A stretch of 64,000 bases of DNA from an uncultured Desulfarculaceae bacterium. Lineage in GTDB: Bacteria > Desulfobacterota > Desulfocorpusculales > Desulfocorpusculum. The position numbers were made by a program, and so were the translations under genes. The stretch is taken from contig CAYPWF010000005.1 in assembly GCA_964414345.1 (NCBI GenBank), positions 6,974-70,973 of the forward strand, read 5' to 3'. Below are positions 53,650 to 64,000 of the stretch, one piece after another (position 1 is the stretch's first letter; each line of letters begins with the position of its first letter). Below the pieces are notes generated by a model. That model had not been told where the DNA came from. It saw nothing but the letters and a program-made list of their open reading frames with translations, and ran no database searches.

Positions 53650-56600
53650 TCACCTCCCCATGTGCATTACTTCCCCTGCCGCCCTCAGGGTCTTGTGCTC
53701 CACAGGATGGCGTCCCAAGTAGATGGAGCCGCCCCTGCCGTCCATGCTCAGAAAGTCCCCCTCTCGAATCACCACATCATGGATCCGACAAGGACCTCTT
53801 TCGCTCAGCAAGCGCAGCCCTCCGGTGCCCACAACACAGGTCTTCCCAAGCCTCAGAGCCACTATGGCAGCATGGGAGGTCTGGCCCCCCTTGGCGGTGA
53901 GAAGCCCGTCGCTGAGCGATATCTCCTTGATGTCGTCCGGCACAGTATCCGAACGTATAAGAATCAAAGGTGTCTCAGGCTCCTTCTCCCTCCATCTCTG
54001 GATCTCCTCCAGGGTGAAGACCGCCCTTCCCGACAAAGCGCCGCCGCTCACCCCAGTCCCTTTTCCCAGGTAATGCTCATGAAGATCGCTAGAGGCCACG
54101 AAGACCGGCATTGTCTCCGTGCGCCTCATGGTGACCATGTCCCTTGTCTGCAAAACATAAAGACTGTCCGGATCAGGTCCTTCGAAAGTAAACTCTATTT
54201 CCTGGGGGTTCCATCCCTTGTCGTAAACCAGCATCTTGCAGACCCCCTCCAGAGCCCTGTAAACCCCTGGGAACTCCTCTTCCAGGGTAGGCTCCCCATG
54301 ACGGCCAGACTCCTCCCTCTGCTCCCTGGAGATGGGGTAGGTTGTCACTAGGCCGGCCACTATGTCCTCGCCCTGGTTCATGGCCGTGTAGTCCCCCCAA
54401 AGCACCACACGACGCATGCGCTTGGCTGGATTTGCAGTAAATAGGACTCCGCTTCCAGAGTTGGGACCAATATTTCCAAAGACCATTGCCTGCACGATCA
54501 CGGCAGTGCCCCAGTCATCGGAGATCCCCATTATTTCCCTGTAATCCCTTGCCTTGCTTGAGTCCCAGGAGTAGATGACTCTATGAATCGCTGTCTCCAA
54601 CTGTTCCCAAGGATCCTCCTCGATCCTGATGTGGCGTTCCTCCAGGGCTCTCTTATAGGCCAGGGCCATTTCCCGCATCTGCTCTCCGGTGAACTGGCGC
54701 TTCTTTTCAACAGCGTGTCTGGCCTTCCATTCCCTCATGATCTCGTTGAAGGCCTCTCTCTCCATTCCGAAAGACATTCCCCAAGATTGCAGGAAGCGCC
54801 GGTAGTTGTCCCATGCAAACCAGGGGTTCCCAGAGGAGGCGGCCAAGCCCTGGGCCACCTCTTCATTGATGCCCACATTGAGCAGGGTGTCCATCATTCC
54901 GGGCATGGATATGGTGGCCCCGCTTCGCACGGACACCAGAAGAGGCCTATGGGGATCCCCGAAACGGTTCCCTGTGGCCTCCTCCATTTCCCTAATCTCC
55001 GAGCTTATCTGATCCAGAAAGTCCTCGTGGGCCTGCGGAAACCTCAGCACTATGTGGTGGCAGCGGGAAACTTCCGTGGTAATTATGAAGCCTGGTGGGA
55101 CCTTCACACCCGCCTCTGCCAAGACCACCAGATTGTATCCTTTGGAACCCAGGTGGATGGAGTCCCGGGTGAGCTCTTTGGCCTGGTGGATGGGGGAGAC
55201 CACCTTGTCCGGATCGTAGGTCATGAGCAGATCCAGATCCTCCTCCGATAGGGTCTCTTTCTGAAGGGCTAGGGTCTGATGTATCTTGGTCAGAAAATTG
55301 TCCAGATATTGGAGTCCAAAGGTGCTGGAGACCAGGTCCCTCAGGAAGCGCTCCGAGATGCGGTGCACGAAGGCCTCATCGTCCTGGTCCGCGGCGTATC
55401 CCACGTAAGTGGGAAGGATGTGTTTTCGGCCCAAAGAGCTTATGACCATTGTCAGGTTGTCTTTGTGCACGTCCGCATAGTAAACATTGAGGATGTCTTT
55501 TACGCCTTCAGAAAGGCCCCTCAGGATGTCCAAGTACTGGGTGTAAGTGAATCTTCTGATCTCCAGCGACTTCTCCAAGAGTTTGAACTGGGCGTCCAGG
55601 CGCTGGGAGGATATGCCGTCTATCTGCATGGCCCGGATAAAAAGCCTGATGCAACGCACGATTCTGAAGAAAACGGCACGGGTTATGAGGGAGAGGTTTA
55701 CGGAGCCTATGAGCCGTTCAAAATAGAGATTTGCCAGGTTCTCCAGCCTGAAAGAAAGCCCCAAGGCATCGAACTTTCTCTCGTGGTAGCGCCCGTACAT
55801 GGAAGGAATGTCTGCAGCTATGTGCCTCTTATGGTAAATGTCTTCGGTGACCTCATAGGTCTCAGGGGAGAGAATGACCTCTTTTAGCTTCTCCAGATAA
55901 CTTAGAAGCACATCCAGACATTCTTCGGGATCATCACGATCCAGGACTGCCTGTAGCTTCTCCAGACCCGTAAATCCGTGTGCAGCCGCCTGGGAGAGGT
56001 GATACCTGATTTCCTGGAAACCAAGGTAGTATTTTTGGTAAACCAGCCTGTACATTCTGACCAGGAGACGCACTCTTTCCCGCTCAATATCGCTGACCCC
56101 CTGAACTTTGGAAACCGCCCGGCTGAGTTCTTCCTCGGGGAGATCCAGCAGATCCTTCACTCCTTTGAGGTTGTAATCCCGAAAAACTTGGCTCATCACC
56201 TTGTGGGGTTCCAAAACCAGTGGGCTTTCAGGATCCAACTGTTGGAAGACTTCCTCGGGGAGAAAATGGGAAAGCCCTGACTTGTCCAAGCTGATCCAAA
56301 ATCGGAAAATCTCCTCCACGAATTCCACGATTAGGTTGCTGCTCTCCACATGACTTTGCTTTCTGAGAAAGTGGATCAGGGGATCGCGCCTTCTGTGGAT
56401 TTCGTCCATGTCAGTGGAGACGTCCCTTAACAGGCCCTCTGCACCTATCTCGTTGAAGAAAGCCGGGATCAACTTGGTGAGCTGTTTGACCAAGTTGTAA
56501 AGGGGAGCTATGTCGCTATTCAGCAGCTTGCTTATGTCCTTCTGGAAGAGGTCCGTGTCTCTTATGCAGGTGCCTGCCAGTTTCAGATTTATGATAAGGG

Positions 56601-57918
56601 CCGAGAGCAAAGTGGTGCACCACTTAGGCTGAATACAAATCAGGTCCAGCCAGATGCGGATGTTCAGTAGGTGGTTGGGGTTGCAAAGCCATTGCCATTC
56701 TGTGTCAACCCCTGTCACCTCCGGAGGCTGGAACCCGAAGCGCACCACCTGCTCCAAAAATACCTCCACCAGCCTGGACTGCCCCTTCTTAAAGACCTCC
56801 TGACCTATGGCGTTAATGCACTGAAGGGCAGTACGGGGATAGTGCACCACATTTTCTTTTAGCAAAGAAAAGGTCCTGAGCAGGAAGGACTCCAGCCTCT
56901 GGGGTAGCTCGCTCCTGATCATCTCTGTTAGAGAGCGCTGGATGTCCCTCAAGGTCTCCTCGTAGATCTCAGAGAGCCTAGAGGTGTTCATTATCTTAAA
57001 GAGGAGCAGAATCTTTCCGTCCCTGAGCAGATCCTCACCTGCCCCTTTGGAGGTAAGATTCAGGGCTGACATGCGCTCTGGGAGTTCACGGTACATCCGA
57101 ACCAGTTCCAGATGGCCGGGCATCTGCAAGAGCTTTTTTGCTGTCTCCACCGGGGTGAAGCCTCCATCCAAGCCCTCCAGGAACTTGAGGTGGCCCTTCA
57201 ACCTGTGGTGGGAAAGTTCCGCAAGCAGATCGCTCAACGGGCCGGAAGGGGGCTCCTGTGCGAACTCCTTTCTAAACCAGGCCACAGGATCTTCCTCTTG
57301 CAGCCATTCCAGATAAGTTATGTGCAACAGCTCCTTTAGGAGCTCATTGAGAGGGACCAAGCCTGCTCCGTCGGACTCCATGGAGAGAAGATTCAAACCC
57401 ATTCTCTTAAGGGGATGGTAGCTCCTGGCCAATAGCTCTTTTTGAGGCTGGGGAAGCCCTTTTAGCCGCTCCAGAGCCTCCCCCAGGACTTCAATATAGG
57501 GCTTTGGATCCTCTGAGAGGCATGTTTGAACCACCTTCTCCATGTAACTCAGGGCACACTCCAAGGCCTGGGACTGGATCTCCTTGCGCTTGGCAAGGCT
57601 CATGGCCTCCAGGAAGACCTCCAAGATAAGGCCCACCGCCTCATGCCCCTTGGGGTGGCGCCTGTAAGAGTCCAGGTTCTTGAGGGCAAAACCTCTCAAC
57701 TCCGAAAGTATCAGCTTCCAGTTGCGGAATGGGTGATGAAGCTCGAAGAGCAAGGAGTCCACGGTCTTGCGAAGACCTCTGTATTCAGAGACCACCTCCT
57801 GGAGCACCCTGAACCTGGGATGGATGTGCACGCTGGAGACCGCCGTCTCCTCAAGGTTACGGCGAAGCGCCTCTGATTCTTCCAGGAGTGCCCTTGAATC
57901 CATACCATCCGAGCTCAT
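53650..57918 (-). CDS. Large multidomain phosphotransferase-like protein: novel ~880-aa N-terminal region, then a PEP-synthase/PPDK-type nucleotide-binding domain, then a PEP-utilizer phosphohistidine swivel domain
   Basis: PPDK_N-like HLGSKGYNLVVLAEAGVKVPPGFIITTE around aa 900; C-terminal mobile domain KGGQTSHAAIVALRLGKTCVVGTGG. No PEP/pyruvate-binding TIM barrel follows. Confidence 0.6.
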   Translation of the reverse strand: MSSDGMDSRALLEESEALRRNLEETAVSSVHIHPRFRVLQEVVSEYRGLRKTVDSLLFELHHPFRNWKLILSELRGFALKNLDSYRRHPKGHEAVGLILEVFLEAMSLAKRKEIQSQALECALSYMEKVVQTCLSEDPKPYIEVLGEALERLKGLPQPQKELLARSYHPLKRMGLNLLSMESDGAGLVPLNELLKELLHITYLEWLQEEDPVAWFRKEFAQEPPSGPLSDLLAELSHHRLKGHLKFLEGLDGGFTPVETAKKLLQMPGHLELVRMYRELPERMSALNLTSKGAGEDLLRDGKILLLFKIMNTSRLSEIYEETLRDIQRSLTEMIRSELPQRLESFLLRTFSLLKENVVHYPRTALQCINAIGQEVFKKGQSRLVEVFLEQVVRFGFQPPEVTGVDTEWQWLCNPNHLLNIRIWLDLICIQPKWCTTLLSALIINLKLAGTCIRDTDLFQKDISKLLNSDIAPLYNLVKQLTKLIPAFFNEIGAEGLLRDVSTDMDEIHRRRDPLIHFLRKQSHVESSNLIVEFVEEIFRFWISLDKSGLSHFLPEEVFQQLDPESPLVLEPHKVMSQVFRDYNLKGVKDLLDLPEEELSRAVSKVQGVSDIERERVRLLVRMYRLVYQKYYLGFQEIRYHLSQAAAHGFTGLEKLQAVLDRDDPEECLDVLLSYLEKLKEVILSPETYEVTEDIYHKRHIAADIPSMYGRYHERKFDALGLSFRLENLANLYFERLIGSVNLSLITRAVFFRIVRCIRLFIRAMQIDGISSQRLDAQFKLLEKSLEIRRFTYTQYLDILRGLSEGVKDILNVYYADVHKDNLTMVISSLGRKHILPTYVGYAADQDDEAFVHRISERFLRDLVSSTFGLQYLDNFLTKIHQTLALQKETLSEEDLDLLMTYDPDKVVSPIHQAKELTRDSIHLGSKGYNLVVLAEAGVKVPPGFIITTEVSRCHHIVLRFPQAHEDFLDQISSEIREMEEATGNRFGDPHRPLLVSVRSGATISMPGMMDTLLNVGINEEVAQGLAASSGNPWFAWDNYRRFLQSWGMSFGMEREAFNEIMREWKARHAVEKKRQFTGEQMREMALAYKRALEERHIRIEEDPWEQLETAIHRVIYSWDSSKARDYREIMGISDDWGTAVIVQAMVFGNIGPNSGSGVLFTANPAKRMRRVVLWGDYTAMNQGEDIVAGLVTTYPISREQREESGRHGEPTLEEEFPGVYRALEGVCKMLVYDKGWNPQEIEFTFEGPDPDSLYVLQTRDMVTMRRTETMPVFVASSDLHEHYLGKGTGVSGGALSGRAVFTLEEIQRWREKEPETPLILIRSDTVPDDIKEISLSDGLLTAKGGQTSHAAIVALRLGKTCVVGTGGLRLLSERGPCRIHDVVIREGDFLSMDGRGGSIYLGRHPVEHKTLRAAGEVMHMGR

Positions 57919-57972
57919 GACATGCTCATCCCCTTGTTGAGGCCTTCAAAAAATGTCCCGCTGACTCCAGGA

Positions 57973-59019
<1,047 letters not shown>

Positions 59020-59254
59020 TTAAGTGCTCGGGCTCCAGCGGTTCAAGCTCTGATAGCCGAATGGAAATCCGTTTCCCCTAAGTTTGAGCAGCACCATGCT
59101 CTGATATCAACCGATTCAGGCTCAATATAGCATCAGGGTCGGAGGGCTGCAACAAGGCCTCTGTTGATTCAATGAGAATGGCTTGACGGGTTGGGGAACA
59201 ACTCATAGCATCTTGAGGGGTTGACCAATCCTTTGGCGGGAGGAGGTATGAGTC

Positions 59255-60463
59255 ATGAGATTCCGAAGCATCGACCAGATGGAACTTCGGGGAAAACGCG
59301 TGCTTGTCCGGGTGGACTTCAATGTGCCTTTGGACTCAGAGGGTAAAATAACCGATGACACCCGCATCAAGAGCGCCCTTCCCACCCTCCAACATGCCTT
59401 AAGAAAAGGGGCCAGGGTGATTTTGGCCTCTCATCTGGGGAGGCCCAAAGGGAAGCCCGACCCCAAATATTCCATGGCTCCCTGTGCCAAACGCTTGGCC
59501 GAGCTCCTTAATCGAAGGGTGGATCTGGCTCCTAACTGTGTGGGTCCTCAGGTGGAAGAAATGGTGGCAAAAATGGCCGAAGGGGATCTACTGATGTTGG
59601 AAAACCTGCGATTCCACCCCGAAGAGGAGGCCAATGATGAGGGCTTCGCAAAGGCTTTGGCAAGACTGGCCGATGTGTTCATAAACGACGGGTTTGCAGT
59701 AGCGCACAGGGCCAACGCCTCGGTGGAGGCCATCACCCGCTTCTGCCCGGAATGTGGCGCAGGGCTTCTCATGAAAAAGGAGTTGGAGTCCTTCTCGAGG
59801 GCCTTGGAAAACCCGGCCAGACCCTTGGTGGCCATATTGGGGGGCGGGAAGGTGGCCGACAAGCTGGGGGCTGTGCGCAGGCTCCTAACTGTGGCGGACA
59901 AGGTCATCATCGGGGGGGCTCTGGCTTACACTTTTCTGAAGGCCGGCGGCCTGGACACTGGGGCTTCTTTGGTGGAGACAGATCTGCTCTCCCATGCCGG
60001 CCAGCTCATGAGAAGAGCCAGAAAAAAGGGGCTCAAACTCTATCTACCTGTGGACTGCGTAATGGCCCAGGAACGCTCTGCCCAGGCCAAGCTCCTCATT
60101 AGGCCTGTTCAGGAAATGCCGGCAGGTTGGATGGGGCTTGATATAGGACCTGCATCAGTGGCTCTTTTTAAAGAGGTCTTGGAGGATGCCAAGACCATAA
60201 TCTGGAACGGTCCCATGGGGGTTTACGAGTTGGAACCCTTCAGCAAAGGCACCAGAGAGCTGGTCAAGGCAGTGGCAAGAAGCAATGCCTTCAGTATCCT
60301 GGGCGGAGGAGACCTGGACGCGGCTGTGCACCAATCCGGCCAGACCAAGGGTATCTCTTACATATCCACGGGAGGTGGGGCCTTTGTGGAGCTTGTGGAG
60401 GGGAGAAAACTCCCAGGCGTGGAAGCTCTCATCCGCTGCTCCAAAACTAAAAGGAGGCGTTGA
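59255..60463 (+). CDS. pgk: Phosphoglycerate kinase
   Basis: LRGKRVLVRVDFNVPL; GGGAFVELVEGRKLPGVEAL; 402 aa. Confidence 0.9.
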   Translation: MRFRSIDQMELRGKRVLVRVDFNVPLDSEGKITDDTRIKSALPTLQHALRKGARVILASHLGRPKGKPDPKYSMAPCAKRLAELLNRRVDLAPNCVGPQVEEMVAKMAEGDLLMLENLRFHPEEEANDEGFAKALARLADVFINDGFAVAHRANASVEAITRFCPECGAGLLMKKELESFSRALENPARPLVAILGGGKVADKLGAVRRLLTVADKVIIGGALAYTFLKAGGLDTGASLVETDLLSHAGQLMRRARKKGLKLYLPVDCVMAQERSAQAKLLIRPVQEMPAGWMGLDIGPASVALFKEVLEDAKTIIWNGPMGVYELEPFSKGTRELVKAVARSNAFSILGGGDLDAAVHQSGQTKGISYISTGGGAFVELVEGRKLPGVEALIRCSKTKRRR

Positions 60464-60466
60464 TCC

Positions 60467-61228
60467 ATGCGAAAAGCGCTTGTGGCCGGTAACTGGAAGA
60501 TGTACATGACCCGCATCCAGGCAATAGAACTGCTCAAGGGGCTCAGGCAGGAGCTGGGAGGCAAGACTTACCAAACCCAGGTGGTCTTGGCTCCTCCTTT
60601 CACAGCCTTGGAAACGGTGGCAAGGGAGATTCAAGGCTCCGGATGGGGCCTGGCTGCACAAAACGGGTTCTGGGAAAAGGAGGGGGCTTTCACAGGGGAG
60701 ATCTCCTTCCCCATGTTGGCCGAGCTTGGATGTTCCATGGTCATCTTGGGACATTCGGAGAGGAGACATTTCTTCGGGGAGAAAGATGAGTGGGTGCGCA
60801 GGAAGCTGGAGGCAGCCTTGGCCTTCGGTCTAACCCCCATACTCTGTGTAGGGGAGACCCTGGAACAAAGGGATCAGGCACAGACCCTTGAGGTTGTAAG
60901 AAGGCAGCTCCAAGAGGCCTTGGGGGGGCTGCAGGAGGAGGGGGCCAAGGAGTTCGTGGTGGCTTATGAGCCTGTTTGGGCCATAGGCACGGGTAGGACG
61001 GCTACTCCTTCCCAAGCCCAGGAAGTGCATGCCATGATAAGGCAATGGCTAGGGGAACGCTTCTCCTTAGCGCGGGCCGATGCAACCAGGATCCTCTACG
61101 GGGGGAGCGTAAAACCCGAGAACATAGCTGACCTCATGGCATGCCCCGACATAGACGGCGCGCTGGTGGGAGGTGCGAGTCTCAAGGCGGATTCCTTTGC
61201 AGCAATAGTCAGGCTTGGGAAAGACTGA
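60467..61228 (+). CDS. tpiA: Triosephosphate isomerase
   Basis: LVAGNWKM; AYEPVWAIGTGRTAT; IVLGHSERR. Confidence 0.9.
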   Translation: MRKALVAGNWKMYMTRIQAIELLKGLRQELGGKTYQTQVVLAPPFTALETVAREIQGSGWGLAAQNGFWEKEGAFTGEISFPMLAELGCSMVILGHSERRHFFGEKDEWVRRKLEAALAFGLTPILCVGETLEQRDQAQTLEVVRRQLQEALGGLQEEGAKEFVVAYEPVWAIGTGRTATPSQAQEVHAMIRQWLGERFSLARADATRILYGGSVKPENIADLMACPDIDGALVGGASLKADSFAAIVRLGKD

Positions 61229-61483
61229 GTCTTTCCTCTCGGGATAGAACAGGGTTCACTCCCTGGGCAAATTCCCAAGAGACTTGAAGGCAGATCTCAA
61301 AGGCCTCCAATACTATCTGGCGCGGTTGGACGCATGGGTGTAAAATTCATAGGAGTGTGCGCTCAAGGCCTTGATATTTGTGTTGCGGGAAGCCGCAATT
61401 AGAAAAGAGGCCGGCCGGAGAGGCCGGATTTCAACCCCTTAAAACCAGTAGGCCTGGAAAAGCCAAAGGGCCGGGGAGGATAG

Positions 61484-61822
61484 ATGTTCACCGCTGTAGC
61501 CATCATCCATGTCCTTGTGTGTGTTTTTCTTATCTTGGTCGTGCTCCTGCAGACCGGTAAGGGATCCGACATCGGGGCTGTCTTTGGGGGCGGGGGGTCC
61601 CAGGCCCTTTTTGGAAGCGCAGGCCCTGGCACCTTTTTGGGAAAGCTCACGGCTGTCATGGCTGGTATCTTCATGCTGACTTCAGTCCTTATAGCAGGGA
61701 ATTTCTTTGCCCGGCCTTCCAAGTCAGTGATAGAAGAGCCGCCTCCTGCGGCCCAGGCGCCTGCCCAGGAAACTCAGGAGAACAGAGCACCGGCCGTACC
61801 TGAGAAAGCTCCAGAAAAATAA
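61484..61822 (+). CDS. secG: Preprotein translocase subunit SecG
   Basis: VLLQTGKGSDIGAVFGGGGSQALFGSAG is the canonical SecG core. Confidence 0.8.
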   Translation: MFTAVAIIHVLVCVFLILVVLLQTGKGSDIGAVFGGGGSQALFGSAGPGTFLGKLTAVMAGIFMLTSVLIAGNFFARPSKSVIEEPPPAAQAPAQETQENRAPAVPEKAPEK

Positions 61823-61923
61823 TGAGGGACTGCTTTGCCTGGGCTGAGGCTCTGAAAAGCCAGCAAGTGGGTCTCGTGAACTTGAAGTTAGGGGCCGTCC
61901 TTTGATATGATTAGGAGCGAGTT

Positions 61924-62010
61924 GCCGAAGTGGTGGAAACTGGTAGACACGCCATCTTGAGGGGGTGGTGGGCTACGCCCGTAGGGGTTCGAGTCCCCTC
62001 TTCGGCACCA
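61924..62010 (+). tRNA. tRNA-Leu (anticodon GAG), long variable arm, CCA encoded
   Basis: GCCGAAG/CTTCGGC acceptor stem; anticodon arm CCATC-TTGAGGG-GGTGG; T-arm GGGGTTCGAGTCCCC; aligns with bacterial tRNA-Leu architecture. Confidence 0.85.
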
Positions 62011-62021
62011 GATGAAGCACA

Positions 62022-62050
62022 CGCCCGGAGCAAGAGACCCGGGCGTTTTT
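62022..62050 (+). terminator. Rho-independent terminator downstream of tRNA-Leu
   Basis: CGCCCGG-agcaagagac-CCGGGCG stem-loop followed by TTTTT. Confidence 0.7.
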
Positions 62051-62080
62051 GATTTGATCCCATACTCAAAGGAAGGCTCA

Positions 62081-62947
62081 ATGGGTTCAGAGCTAAGGGA
62101 GGGGGAGCACGTTCTGTTGATCGACCAGAAGCGCCGAGAGTTTTTGGTGCGCCTGGCCAGAGGGACACGGTTCCACTCTCACCATGGATTTGTGGAACAC
62201 GACCATATAATAGGCCTTGAAGAGGGCTCCAGGGTTCGATCCTCAAGAGGGAGCCCCCTTTTGGTTTTGAGACCCACCCTGGCCCAGATTATCATGAACA
62301 TGCCCAGAAAAGCCCAAGTGATATACCCAAAGGACATAGGACTCATACTCATGTGGGCTGATCTTTTCCCCGGGGCCAGGGTCGTGGAGGTGGGCACGGG
62401 GTACGGGGCCTTGACAATGGCGTTGCTGAGGGCAGTGGGGCCCACAGGGCAGCTAGTCTCTTATGAGATCCGGGAGGATTTTTGTCTGGCCGCTCGCAGA
62501 AGCGTGGAGACGTACCTGGGGCCATGTCCTCAGTGGACCATAAAGTTAGCAGATGCCTTGGAGGGGATCCAGGAAAGGGAAGTGGACAGAATGACCATGG
62601 ACGTACCTGAGCCCTGGTTGTTTCTTTCTTCGGCCAAGGAGGCCCTCAGGCCCGGGGGGATCCTGCTGTGCTTTACGGCCAACGCAATACAAGTAAAGAG
62701 CCTTTACGACGGTTTCCTGGAGGTGGGGGGCTTCGCACACATGGAGACCATGGAGAACCTGCTCAGGCCCTGGTATGTGAAGGGTTTGAGCGTAAGACCC
62801 GTGCATCGCATGACGGCCCACACCGGGTTCATAACAGTGGCCAGGAGAGTACTGGAGGATTGCCAGCAAGAGGCCGGGGGCTCCTCCTGCCTGGAGTCAC
62901 ATCAAGACGCCCCCCCTGAAGCCCCAGATCCCAAAGAGGATCATTGA
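62081..62947 (+). CDS. trmI: tRNA (adenine-N1)-methyltransferase (TrmI/Gcd14-like, SAM-dependent)
   Basis: Start at MGSELREGEHVLLID with an RBS; SAM motif VVEVGTGYGALTMAL. Confidence 0.7.
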   Translation: MGSELREGEHVLLIDQKRREFLVRLARGTRFHSHHGFVEHDHIIGLEEGSRVRSSRGSPLLVLRPTLAQIIMNMPRKAQVIYPKDIGLILMWADLFPGARVVEVGTGYGALTMALLRAVGPTGQLVSYEIREDFCLAARRSVETYLGPCPQWTIKLADALEGIQEREVDRMTMDVPEPWLFLSSAKEALRPGGILLCFTANAIQVKSLYDGFLEVGGFAHMETMENLLRPWYVKGLSVRPVHRMTAHTGFITVARRVLEDCQQEAGGSSCLESHQDAPPEAPDPKEDH

Positions 62948-62951
62948 AGTC

Positions 62952-63932
62952 ATGGAGCCCGCAAGGGAAAGCACGGAGTTGGGTTTTCCACAGGTGCTGG
63001 AGGCTGCAAGTCGCATAGCCCCCTATGTCCATCGCACCCCGGTTCTCACCTGCAAGAGTCTGGACCGCATGTATGGAGCCAGGCTCTTTTTTAAGTGCGA
63101 GAATCTTCAAAAGGTTGGGGCCTTCAAGATACGGGGGGCCACAAACGCTGTCTTCTCTCTGGAGGACAACAAAGCATCACGAGGGGTGGCCACCCATTCC
63201 TCTGGGAACCACGCGGCAGCGCTTGCCCAGGCAGCTGCATGGAGAGGGATTCCCTGTGAGGTGGTCATGCCGCGCAACGCCCCTGAGGTAAAAAAGAGGG
63301 CAGTGGCCGGATACAGAGCCCGTATAACCTTCTGCGAGCCCACACTAGAGGCTCGCGAAAGGGTCCTGGAGGAGTTGGTTAGGGCCAGTGGCGCCACCTT
63401 CATCCACCCGTATAACGATCCCAGGGTCATTGCGGGCCAGGGCACGGCAGCCTTGGAGCTCTTGGAAGAGGTGCCTGAGCTGGAGGCGGTTATGGTCCCG
63501 GTTGGGGGAGGGGGGCTTTTGAGCGGCACAGCCCTGGCGGTGTCAGCCAGGAGCCCGAGAACCATGGTCCTGGCAGGTGAGCCTGAAAGGGCGGATGATG
63601 CCATCCGCTCCTTGAGAGAAGGCCGCATCCTGCCCCCTCAAAACCTCGACACCGTGGCCGACGGGCTTCGCACCTGCTTGGGAACCCTTACCTTCCCCAT
63701 AATCCAGAAGCTGGTGCACGCCATATTCCCGGTGAGCGAAGAGGCCATACTGGAGGCCATGAGGGACATATGGGAAAGGATGAAGCTGGTGGTGGAACCC
63801 TCAGGGGCGGTCCCCCTGGCGGCGGTGAAGGTCTCGGGGAGGCTCTTGGAGGGGAAAAGGGTCGGCATAATCTTATCGGGTGGGAACGTGGATCTGGACA
63901 GGCTCCCCTTCAGGCCGGCCGCCACCTGGTAA
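62952..63932 (+). CDS. PLP-dependent threonine/serine dehydratase family enzyme (threonine ammonia-lyase-like, no regulatory ACT domain)
   Basis: FKCENLQKVGAFKIRGATNAV (PLP lysine motif), SSGNHAAALA and GGGGLLSG. Confidence 0.75.
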   Translation: MEPARESTELGFPQVLEAASRIAPYVHRTPVLTCKSLDRMYGARLFFKCENLQKVGAFKIRGATNAVFSLEDNKASRGVATHSSGNHAAALAQAAAWRGIPCEVVMPRNAPEVKKRAVAGYRARITFCEPTLEARERVLEELVRASGATFIHPYNDPRVIAGQGTAALELLEEVPELEAVMVPVGGGGLLSGTALAVSARSPRTMVLAGEPERADDAIRSLREGRILPPQNLDTVADGLRTCLGTLTFPIIQKLVHAIFPVSEEAILEAMRDIWERMKLVVEPSGAVPLAAVKVSGRLLEGKRVGIILSGGNVDLDRLPFRPAATW

Positions 63933-64000
63933 GGCTCAGAGACGCACGGAAAGGGCCACCAGCATGCCTGTCTCGGTAATCTCCCCCAGGGCGCCTGCCA

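Overview
This is a GC-rich (~58-60%), gene-dense window, most plausibly from a strictly anaerobic deltaproteobacterium-like genome; almost all genes are on the minus strand. The main feature (about 3.1-20.7 kb) is a complete ATP-independent class II benzoyl-CoA reductase locus. Gene order and product sizes match the Geobacter-type bamBCDEFGHI cluster: AOR-family W/Mo enzyme, small ferredoxin, HdrD-like CCG protein, double-FAD HdrA-like protein, MvhD-like protein, and NuoE/NuoF/NuoG-like modules. Flanking it are the downstream ring-processing genes (a crotonase-family hydratase as dch candidate, a Zn-ADH-family dehydrogenase as had/bamQ candidate, and a 376-aa crotonase-family ring hydrolase as oah/bamA candidate) and a PadR regulator. 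Two tandem BcrAD/HgdC-type activase ATPases and a DUF3795 Cys-rich protein are embedded in the locus. Elsewhere the window carries GDP-fucose synthesis genes (gmd, fcl), an ECF sigma/anti-sigma/DUF3106 module, a MinD-like ATPase with a J-domain-HTH partner, and housekeeping genes (rsfS, nadD, proA, proB, obg, rpmA, rplU, glyS). It also carries an MMPL/MlaC-like/TolC-like/flippase-like envelope cluster, a Dpp/Opp-type ABC transporter, a glycolytic block (gap, pgk, tpiA, secG), tRNA-Leu(GAG), and trmI-like and threonine-dehydratase-like genes. The observations I did not expect are listed here. There is a family of ~200-bp intergenic repeats with a conserved 5' motif (TTAGCCCGGATTATTCTC) and a covarying GC hairpin, in at least four copies. 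Paired ACTAGT-N9-ACTAGT operator-like sites sit upstream of both padR and bamB. AGACCA-repeat leader motifs sit immediately upstream of bamI and the had candidate. A 1422-aa protein combines a novel ~880-aa N-terminal region with PEP-synthase-like ATP-binding and phosphohistidine domains and is co-oriented with a divergent GAPDH paralog. A perfect 21-bp in-frame tandem repeat lies inside a small coiled-coil gene, and a purine-rich microsatellite lies inside the ABC transporter operon. No CRISPR array, transposase or integrase was recognised. I had no tools, so all similarity claims rest on recognising motifs in the supplied translations.
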